Assembly: GCA_964016885.1 (NCBI GenBank)
Contig: OZ024742.1
Span: 276,706,001-276,770,000, forward strand
DNA length: 64,000 bases
Source: Eledone cirrhosa
Lineage: Eukaryota
Direction: 5' to 3'
Below the pieces are notes generated by a model. The model made no database searches. It worked only from the letters and a program-made list of their open reading frames with translations, and was not told the DNA's origin. Below, in pieces: positions 39,312-48,737 of this stretch. The translations under genes were made by a program, and so were the position numbers. Within the stretch, counting starts at the first letter, position 1. Every line of letters starts with the position of its first letter.

Positions 39312-39787
39312 AAATCTGGCCAGATACGGCTGGTTTAAATGCTAAAGGGTTAACAAGAACATCCAGCACAGAATCAAAGTGATCAGAGACAATAACAAAA
39401 TCAATTATTGATCTCTGTCCCTGATTCCCCTTATATGTATATTTATGGATGTCTATGTGCTGGAAGAAAGTGTTCATAACAGAGAACCCATTACTAGAAC
39501 AGAAGTCCAATAAGGCCTAGATTGGGGTTGTCATTCCTTTCCATATTGGATAGTCAGCACTAACATGTGCATTAAATTTTCCCATTAGGATATAGTCTTG
39601 ATTACATCTAATGTTGTAGTGACTTCATCAAGGAAGGATCTGTATTTGGGCTGTTTAGTTGCACCATCCACAAATACCTTTCTTTCAGCCTAAGCTTCAA
39701 GAGGCAAATCCTCCCTCTCAATGGGATCCAGTTCATAATATTCTGACCATAAAATAGCTTATAAAATAGGGTTATGACCCTTAAAAA

Positions 39788-39978
39788 CAGAAAAAGAACT
39801 TTCCATTGGTTACTATGAGGAATCAAACCCCATATCTCCCAGGTACCAGCTAGGTGCTTTAAACCATTAAGCCAAGAGTTGACATGGTCTCTTGGCTAAT
39901 GACTTAAAGCGTCTAGCTGGAATCTGGGAGATATGGAGTTCAATTCTTCATAGCAGTATATGGTAACTTCTTTTTCCG
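39788..39978. repeat. Head-to-head inverted duplication of a tRNA-like head
   Basis: Arms of ~90 bp around a 10-nt spacer TTGACATGGT; A-box-like TGGCT(T)AATG and B-box-like GTTCAATTC. Confidence 0.7.
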
Positions 39979-40620
39979 TATATATGGAGGATGTCTGTCA
40001 TAGAGATGGCATCACTAGCCGGGCTGCCTCCACATTAATTCTTTGTTTATATTTTGCTGTAACCAAATAGGGATAACTTAACTAAAACTTTTATGTTCAT
40101 TACATCTAATGGCGTCACCGATTGTCATGCTTCTTGGTCTGATGACTTCAGCCGACCACAGAAATATGTATTATGTAATTGTGAAACATTAAAGGAATAT
40201 ATTGGAATCTGGCTTTCTTGTATTTTTCATTGAACTATTTCTTTCCGTTCCTGCACCAACCACGAGGTACGATTTTTGCAGTTTCCATTTACCCAATTCC
40301 ACTGAAAAGACATTGGTCAACCAGGGGTTAGCAGAAGGTGTCGAGCAACGGGACTGAACCCTGAACCACCTGGTTGTGAAGAGAACTTAAACACAGCCAA
40401 GTCATTTCGTTATTGCTTTCATGTTCTTAAAGAATATCAATCAGTACAATTTTGTACGGGTATGTAATGTCTTGAAAACAAAAATAATTTCATCGATATA
40501 ATAGTACCTGTTTATGTCACTGTTGTAATTATTTATACTAAACTCATCCTATGGAGTGAGTGCTCTTACTCTTGGATATTTCTACCTAACTTTTACTTCA
40601 GTATATATATATATATATAT

Positions 40621-41945
40621 CATCATCATCATCAACGTTTAACGTCCGTGTTCCACGCTTGCATGGGTTTGGACGGGGGTAGTCCCACTTGAGGCAAGAG
40701 TGATTGTCTTGCTCGCATAGGACTGTCTGGCAGGTTTTCTACAGTTGGATGCCCTTCCTAACACCAACCACATTTACAGTGTGGGTCTGGGAGGTTTTTA
40801 CCGTGTTGCCTACACGGCCACATTACAGCGTGGACTGTGTGTTTTTTTGTCGTGACACCTACACGATCTCATTTGTTTCGGCCTCGATGGCGCGGCACCA
40901 ACATAACTTTACATAGAACGGGGTGGTGTGGATCGGGTGGGGGTGGTGGGACGGGGTGTATTTGTTAGAGATGCCTACTGGCTGGAGTAGGTTTTACTAT
41001 ATATTTAGGTAAGGCGGGTCTTCTCTGTTACTGAGTACCGCCAAAGGTCTCGGTCCAGTGACATTGTCTTGGAGAGGTGTAAGTGTGTGATGTCGGAGTT
41101 TATCAGCTCGTCCCAGGTTTTTCTAGGTCTGCCTATTCCGTGACTACCGTCTATCTTTATTGCCCTGCACTTTGTTATACAGCTATCGACTTTCATGCGC
41201 ATCACGTGTCCATACCAACGTAGCCTTCTCTCGAGTAAACAACATCTGATCCCTCTTATCTCTAATTTATTCCTTAGTTCGTTTATGCTTTGCCGTTCAC
41301 GTATATTACTGTTACACATCCAGCGGAGCATGCAAGCTTCGTTCCTCTCTAGTCTGCGTATATCCTCTGCACACAATGCCCAGGTCTCACTGCCATGCAG
41401 CATTGCTGTTCGTATGCAGGCATCGTACAACCTGCCTTTCATTTTTAGTGAGAACCCTTTAGCAGCTAATAGTGGTATAAGCTCTCTGAACTTTTTCCAA
41501 CCAGTTCTGACTCTAGCTACAGTACTTTCAGAGCACCCTCCCCCACTGCTGATTTTATCGCCCAGGTAACGGAAGCTGTCCACTATTTCTATAGAACCCT
41601 CTGCGCAATTGAAAGAGCTAGTAGTTTGTGGGCACTTGCTGCTACTTATTGCACCAGAGCACCGGCCACATGTAAAATCTATGTTCTTAGTTAGCCTACC
41701 TGTGATCCCACTACATCTTTTATGCACCCATACTTTGCATTTAGGACATAAAATGGAGTTTCTACCTACGCCTTTCCTACACACCGAGCACGACCATTTC
41801 CCAGAAGGGACCGCCGCCTTGTTTTCTTTCCTACAAACTAGTACTTTGGTCTTAGCCAGGTTAATTTTAAGTCCTTTTGACTCTAGGCCGTGCTTCCATG
41901 TTTGGAATTTCTTCTCTAGCTCGGCCATTGATTCCGCTATGAGTG
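40621..41945 (-). mobile_element. Young 5'-truncated RTE LINE with an uninterrupted 307-aa C-terminal ORF (41005-41928)
   Basis: GLKINLAKTKVL, SFRYLG, MLHGSETW, RRLRWYGHVMRM and GRPRKTW; (GAT)n tail; (TA)n on both flanks. Confidence 0.95.
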
Positions 41946-42388
41946 TATATATATATATCCAGGGAGTGTAACGTCAAGTTACTGTAGGTAATACACACTT
42001 ATGTGAATAATAAATGAAACCACTTTAGAACATTTGCCATTTTTTTTTTGTTTTAATTTTAATGAATGATTTTGAAGGGAAAAAATCATATACAATAATT
42101 GTAGATTGAAGCATCTTATCAATTGATTTCAAAATCAACGAATACTACTATCTCTTTTTAATTTTTTTTAAGACCTCTTATTTCTGCCTTTCAACAATAA
42201 CTCTGGTTTGTTTCAAACATTTAATTGTAAATCACACAATTCTCATATCTTAAAACCATATTCTTTGCGAAAAATAAATGTTATCATCACGATATATTCA
42301 CTCACGACACACACACACGCATATATATATATATATATATATATACAATATATTAATAAATGGAAACTATATTTATAAAACCATATTT

Positions 42389-42452
42389 ATTTTATTATAC
42401 ATATTTCAAGGGCAACCAAGGTAAATTATGGTGCGCTTTCATCAGATAAAAT
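42389..42452 (-). ncRNA. Minimal type I hammerhead ribozyme motif
   Basis: Minus strand: ATTTTAT-CTGATGA-AAGCGCACC...GGTTGCCCTT-GAAA-TATGTA-TA-ATAAAAT. 7-bp stem I, intact core boxes, near-palindromic stem III, predicted AUA cleavage triplet. Confidence 0.65.
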
Positions 42453-42621
42453 ACAGATTTGATTTATAAATAAATATTGACATATCCAAAAGGAGTACTA
42501 AAAATAGCTTATCGTTAGGTCCTTTAAGCAAGTCCAACCTAATTAAAATTAATATTATATATATATTGCCAGACAATACGATCGGTATTCTGTGTATTAA
42601 TCAAAATAATTATATATATAT

Positions 42622-42814
42622 GAAGATATAGGATGCTCAAGCGCAGAAGATAACTGCAACCACCGTCGGTTGCTATAAAATAGCCCATAAGACCCTTAGA
42701 GACGGGCAACATCCTTTACCGGCTTTAAGGGTCTTTGCTCGATTTTTATAAGGTATTTTATAATAATTGACTGTGGTTACAGTTATTTTCTGCGCTTAAG
42801 CATCCTACATCCTC
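42622..42814. mobile_element. MITE with 46-bp imperfect TIRs and an inner hairpin
   Basis: Left GAAGATATAGGATGCTCAAGCGCAG... matches the reverse complement of the right end (6 mismatches in 46). Inner arms AAGACCCTTA / TAAGGGTCTT. TA-rich flanks. Confidence 0.7.
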
Positions 42815-42834
42815 TATAAATTTATTCTTCGGCG

Positions 42835-42874
<40 letters not shown>

Positions 42875-42958
42875 AGAAAGCATTATTATTATTATTAGCA
42901 CATATTAAAAGTTTAAGCACACAATTTTTGCTTATACCTTAAAGCGGAATTTTCTGAA

Positions 42959-42999
<41 letters not shown>

Positions 43000-43001
<2 letters not shown>

Positions 43002-43083
43002 CATACGTCAAGACGGGCGGTTTCAAAAGAGAAACTAATTTTTGACAGTGTTAATATATATACAGACCCGCCCGTCTTGACGT

Positions 43084-43088
<5 letters not shown>
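43000..43088. mobile_element. 89-bp micro-MITE in a (TA)n tract
   Basis: Perfect 21-bp TIR GGCATACGTCAAGACGGGCGG / CCGCCCGTCTTGACGTATGCC. Confidence 0.8.
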
Positions 43089-43121
<33 letters not shown>

Positions 43122-44336
43122 ACTTTAGAAGCATTTTTCAAATAAAATCTCTCTCTATATATTCGGTATATATACTGGTTCCTCTCTATGCAATTGTAAA
43201 ATATTAAGGCCAAACTTTGTTTAAGGAAGTGTAATATGATAATCTTTTATGAGAATATGATGGCAGCGCGTATTACAAAAATATTGGAATATAAAAAGCT
43301 TGTAATAGCCGTGGAATTAGCTTTCCAAATCGAATCAAAGATAGGTCAAAACATACATCTAAATTCTTTAAAGTCTCTAAAGTTGACATGAACAATATAC
43401 ATGTGTGTATATTGATTAAAGATATAATACCTTATTAATAAACACACACACACATATTATATATATATATATTCATTTTATTAAGGCGAAACTCCAGCGT
43501 TACACGACTCACTATTTAGCCTTAATAAAATTAATATTTGAATTCTACTTCCGTGTTGAGTACTCTTTTCTCTCAGCCGTCAATTTTATACGGATATATA
43601 TATAGAATATATTATTTATCAATATATAGTTTGAATATCAGAATTGGAATTCACATCCCTCTAATGGAAACGAACTTCTTCAACACCTTTGTTTTTCTCT
43701 TTAAGCTTAATAATTTAATAGAATAAATAAAGCTGGTTTTCTCCGTCTCTACTCACACACAGCATTCAGCGATAGGCTTCCATCATCTCATTTCCCATGC
43801 TTACTACTACTATGGAAACAATAATAATGGTAATAAATGGAGATAAACCTTATTGTTGATCAGTCCAAAGACAGCCTTGATCGAACAGACCTTTGATTAA
43901 TGAAATTCCAGTAGTAACCATTCTGCTCCACCCCCAGGCAGTATATGTAGGACTAAATTCCCTAATATGTCATTCTATAGTTCGGAGATTTTATTTCTAA
44001 TTCTAGAAGCGACCGATTGTCGTACTTACTTGGTGGTGAATTGATCGTCGTTTCTGTTTTTGCTCACCCTCCACGCTTTTATATTCTTTCTTTCGCTCTG
44101 GTCATATTTTTGTGCGTTGCTTTTGTGAGGTTCCCAGCAATGGTTAATTGTGTATTTGTTTGTCATATGTGTTTATCAATGACATTATATTTGGGGAGCA
44201 ATTTGTAATGTTATTTATGTATATATATTATTCAAATAAAATCTTGGTAGCTCGATCGTCTAATTGTCTGAGATTGACAATGTCAGCAATAACCGGTGGT
44301 CGATCAAATTTACTGTGTATGTATATATATATATAT

Positions 44337-44612
44337 ATCAGACCGGGTGATGTGTTGTTTCCTTGAGCAAGGCACTTTATTTCACATTGCTCCAGTTTAC
44401 TCAGCTGTAGAAATGAGATGATAGGACTGGGGTCCCTATCATTCCAGTGTAAAGTGGTCGTGGAGGTGCCACGGCAAAAAAGCACCCAGCACTCACTGTA
44501 AATGAGGTTGGTGTTAGGAAGGGCATCTAGCTGTAGAAATCAAGCCAGAATCAGTTCCCGTCCCACCCTTGCAAGCAGGGAAAAGCGGACGTAAAATGAT
44601 GATGATGATGAT
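44337..44612 (+). mobile_element. SINE family B, 5'-truncated, with RTE-type 3' end
   Basis: Homologous to 51215-51525; 3' end identical to the LINE end at 36423-36476; (GAT)n tail. Confidence 0.85.
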
Positions 44613-46058
44613 ATAGTATTGGTCCTATAATTAAGATAATTACTCGCATTGAAACTTTTGGTTGTCACCAAAAAAGTATATCATGTAGCCCACAGTAGTA
44701 ACAATTATAAAGAAAACAACGTTATTCAGTAATTTATAAAAAAATACTTTAAAACTCCTATTATCTTTGTTGAAAACATTAACGATGGTTTTAATTCCTT
44801 GTAGTAATTACTTTTCCCTTCACATTACCAATTTTCCTTTGCAAACTGCATGAACCTCACAACTTCTCACTTTAATTTCTTATGATCATTTGTGATTTCT
44901 ATCACCATTAAATTCAAGCGTGATAAGAGGTTTAGAAAAATGCTGTAACTCCACACGTTGGACAGTTTAAGCAAGCCTACAGTGTAGCCATTTCAGTTTG
45001 TAGTCACTCCTTACGTATTACCGAACGTAAAAAACAAAAATTACTGTAACTTTTAGAAATGTTTCATATTTTCTCGATCGTTGGTTATTAAAATTCGTTT
45101 TATTGATGGCTCCGTCATAGATACAACTTCTGATATAATGTAGCTGCATGCGTTTCAACGTTGTTCTTTTCGCAAATACTTGTATCTCTCACTTTCTAAT
45201 TCTTTTCAATGCAGTAAAACGCATACATAGAATGATAATAGTTTCTCTTCGCAGTATCTCCCCTGCAACAAACTCCCTATATTTTTAAGGAACAAGAATT
45301 ATAATATTGCATTCACTTAATTCTTCATTTGGTAATTAAAAGTACATCGTGTACTCATTTTGATACTTTGCACATTTTCTCGATAATTATGAAAATAAAC
45401 CTAAACTATTAATTTAATGACCATTTATACTGCCTGTTAATCGAAGAAAAGCCATCATTTATTAAAAAATTGATTTCAAAATGATGCATTGGTTAAGACA
45501 CCACGAGGAAACTTCCTGAAAAAAATGTTTTGATAAATATTACGTATATTACTCTCGAAATAATAATTAAATATGTTTATATTGAGCTCAGCCGTCGGGG
45601 TCTTACTGGTTCCTATTACCCACTCTACTACCCTAAGTATTGAGTACTTTGGTGCGTTATGGTCCACCTGGTTCCTTACCACATTTCCTTCGTTTTATAT
45701 ATATATGTATATAAGTTGGTATGCGTATAAAAATAAATTTATCATGCAGATCCTATGAAAATTTCCATGAATACAATTAAATAATGAACATGGAACAGAG
45801 ATTGTTATAATTTGGGGTCAACGTTTTGTCTGTTATGGGCTAAATAGTACGCTAAGTGATCGACTTTTACAAACCTGCGCTCAAGAAAATAGTTCTTTTA
45901 TTTAACTAAAATTATCGTTTATAAATTCATATTTAATTAACTAAAAATATTTTTTATAATTTGTTTTAGAAATCTAACTTATTTGGAATGAACAGAACAT
46001 CATAGGAAGACGAAAATGTATATGCAGAGAATATGATAGAAAATTCATCAACGGCAAG

Positions 46059-46095
46059 TATAAATAGAGTGATTTCGGAGGCATCAATATCAGTA
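46059..46095 (+). promoter_or_regulatory. Candidate core promoter of the cyclophilin gene
   Basis: TATAAATA (46059-46066) and Inr-like TCAGTA (46090-46095) ~31 nt apart, ~70 nt before the ATG, in CpG-retaining DNA. Confidence 0.55.
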
Positions 46096-46160
46096 TACGC
46101 TTACGTTGGTTAACTTGAACTTGAATCATTTTGCGAATTTGGCGATCGTCGTTTTCCACA

Positions 46161-46238
46161 ATGGCTGATCGCGGTAATATTAAATGCTATTTTGATATCA
46201 CAATCAGTGGTGCCGCGAGAGGCAGAATTACAATGTTG
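46161..46238 (+). CDS. Cyclophilin (peptidyl-prolyl isomerase, CypA-like), exon 1 of 5
   Basis: ACAATGG start; MADRGNIKCYFDITISGAARGRITML; donor GTAAG, phase 0. Confidence 0.92.
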
Positions 46239-46849
46239 GTAAGATTTTTTTTCTTCATTTACTATTTTGCTTAATTACTCTAATGTACCGCGTGGTTTTA
46301 TTCTGAAACCGGCTTAACTATTCTTAAAAACGTATTTTTAATTTGTGATTCTTAAATTTAAATGACATTATTTAATTTACTAAATGACTAATTAACATTA
46401 AATCAAGAATTTTTTTACAGCTAATACAAATTTTAAATTAGGATTTTTTTCACGACCTAAAGATAATCCCTTAAATATGGCGACGCGCAGTTTCTTCATC
46501 CATTAGTACAAGATTAGTCACTAATAATGAATGGATAGAATAAATATCATGTTCTAGTACTTTTATTTTATGATTTTTAATTTTATATGAAAATCTTCTC
46601 TCCCACGCCTGATAATGGTGTCAGGAATTTAAATATATGGCTTCCATATAACAACTAAGTCATTGGCTTTATTACATCCGTCTATGGTCTTTGTTTAGTA
46701 AGTGTTTTGCAGCCAAGTAGGATTTTAATTTTTACAGCGAATTAACAATTTTTTTTTTTCAATTTAGAAATTAATCGAGGGAGGGCGATGGAGTTTCCTT
46801 TCACTTTTTGCAGCAACATTAATGTTAACATATCTTTTCTTTTTTCCAG

Positions 46850-46880
46850 CTCTATAATAAAGTCGTTCCCAAAACGGCGG
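46850..46880 (+). CDS. Cyclophilin exon 2 (31 nt)
   Basis: TTTTTCCAG acceptor; LYNKVVPKTA plus 1 nt; donor GTAAG. Confidence 0.92.
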
Positions 46881-47145
46881 GTAAGGACATTTTTTTTAAT
46901 ATATACTCATATTTAGGTTCCTTGCATAATTGGACCAATGAAAATGTATTATATTAAAAATTACTCTCGTTATTAAATCATATTAACCTGAAATTTAACA
47001 AGGTAAATTGAAGGTATTAGGTACTGCGGAAGATGGCAAAATACAATTTACTTAATTTTTAATTCAACAGCTTTCAGCAGTATCGCTCTAATAGTATTTA
47101 GGCGGGGACGGGATTCTGCACTACACGTGACCGGTTGATTTATAG

Positions 47146-47550
47146 CATTGGTTGCCAACGAGGGGGGCCATGACAAGTTATTGGGGGAGCCACGGGAATT
47201 AACTAAAAATCACACAATTTCATACATAAAAAAAATAGTTTCCTAACAATTCTTTTCTTTTTCTTGCTTCAAATTTTATATTCAACTTTTTCTCAACTTT
47301 CTACCTTTTCTAATTATGATTTTACTTCACTTGATAATTATTTAAATCTGGATATAACAATTTATGTTTTAGTAAAGACACTTATTTTTGTAACGGGATA
47401 TATATTTATTTTAGTAAAGTTTATAATAAATTTAAAATGATTTGTTGATTGAAATAGACATGAAATTATTTCTACATAAAAAAAAAATTATATCAAACAT
47501 TTTTTTGGGCCATACTGTTTTGCTATATCATAAAAGGTTGGAAACCGCTG
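47146..47550. mobile_element. hAT (Charlie-like) MITE in cyclophilin intron 2
   Basis: TIRs CATTGGTTGCCAAC and GTTGGAAACCGCTG; 8-bp TSD ATTTATAG. Confidence 0.85.
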
Positions 47551-47945
47551 ATTTATAGAAAGGCACTCGATAGGTTTCGCTAAGTTTTTCGTGTTTTCAA
47601 TTAGAAAATGTAGCCAGTAAGAGTCAGACACCATCAATTGTTATAAAAAAACAAGTTAAATCGATCATTGTCATCCTTTCGTCACGTACATTACGCTTTA
47701 GTTACATCTATACGTAACTGCATAAACGGGAGGCAGGGGTTGGTGAAACGTTATAGCGGATACGTGTTTCGTCCCTTTAGTGTTTACCGGCTGCATCTGT
47801 TCGTTTTCAATTAATTTATCGCATTTACCTATGTATGGCTCTGGTAGACTTGAAACACCAAATTTCATTTTCAACGGACCATTAACGAAAGATTACCATC
47901 GTTGTGTATATGATATTTGAAACCGATACTGCATTTATTTTTCAG

Positions 47946-48131
47946 AAAACTTCAGAGCACTCTGTTCTGGTGAGAAAGGTTTTGGATACAAAGGCAGTAA
48001 GTTTCATCGCGTAATTCCTCAGTTTATGCTCCAGGGTGGTGACTTTACCAGAGGAAATGGTACCGGTGGTAAGAGTATCTATGGTAATAAATTTGAAGAT
48101 GAAAATTTCGATTTGAAACATGAGAAGCAGG
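47946..48131 (+). CDS. Cyclophilin exon 3 (186 nt)
   Basis: TTTCAG acceptor; [62 protein letters not shown]; donor GTAAGT. Confidence 0.97.
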
Positions 48132-48214
48132 GTAAGTAAAGAAATTTAGTTGTAATGAAATTGTTCACTTTTAATATCCTAGCTTTCGTCTCACTATATT
48201 GTTCTTCCTTGTAG

Positions 48215-48290
48215 GTCTTCTATCTATGGCCAATGCTGGCCCTAACACCAATGGGTCTCAGTTCTTCATCACAACTGTACCGACAGCATG
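48215..48290 (+). CDS. Cyclophilin exon 4 (76 nt)
   Basis: TTGTAG acceptor; [26 protein letters not shown]; donor GTAAG, phase 2. Confidence 0.97.
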
Positions 48291-48569
48291 GTAAGGGCAT
48301 TTTTAAATGTTCTCTTAGTGATGTGTATATTGCTGTGTTCTGGTTGAGTGCAAATTTAATATCCTGAAAATGTATGGTCGTGATAGTAAAAGGTTGGTCC
48401 ATGGCATGCAGCTTTTTCTTTCAAAAGAAAACAAAAAAAAAATACCGCTGCGCATCGCCATACCTATATTCAAGCAAATAGTTTTTTTGTTTTTTTTTCA
48501 TGAAAGTAGTGGTGTTTATGAAATAATTAGCAAGTTTATGTTTATATATATATTTATTTATTATTGCAG

Positions 48570-48702
48570 GCTTAATAACAAGCATGTTGTGTTTGGTGAA
48601 GTGATCGAGAATTTTGCTTTAGTTCAAATAATTGAGGGTTGCGGTAGCGAAAATGGTAAACCATCGAAAGAGGTTAAAATAGCTGACTGTGGAGTACTAT
48701 GA
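48570..48702 (+). CDS. Cyclophilin exon 5 (terminal); spliced CDS is 504 nt, 167 aa
   Basis: TTGCAG acceptor; LNNKHVVFGEVIENFALVQIIEGCGSENGKPSKEVKIADCGVL*. All phases join in frame, and active-site residues equivalent to CypA R55, F60, Q63, N102, F113, W121 and H126 are present. Confidence 0.97.
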
Positions 48703-48737
48703 ATAAAACAATAAACCATGTGAATTATTTCAATAAA
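48702..48737 (+). terminator. Cluster of three AATAAA polyadenylation signals
   Basis: AATAAA at 48702, 48710 and 48732, followed by a GT/T-rich tract at ~48755-48772. Confidence 0.65.

Larger units (their letters stand above)
38375..39353. mobile_element. piggyBac-type MITE family 1, carrying an LTR-element insertion
   Basis: Left part 38375-38500 and right part 39312-39353, both with TTAA ends. Confidence 0.85.
38140..39770 (-). mobile_element. RTE LINE endonuclease fragment, split by the MITE/TRIM insertion
   Basis: Removing the MITE at its TTAA restores MNTFFQH..SIIDFVIVS..VLDVLV|KRGADLSTDHQLV. Confidence 0.8.

Noticed and set aside
40136-40190. Hammerhead-like CTGATGA...GAAA
   Set aside because: No convincing stems I and II can be drawn with either downstream GAAA.
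43504-43515. T7-promoter-like ACGACTCACTAT (vector contamination)
   Set aside because: Only 12 nt match and no other vector sequence is nearby.
48370-48569. N-terminal part of the 110-aa ORF 48370-48702
   Set aside because: Intron 4 read-through; only 48570-48702 is cyclophilin.
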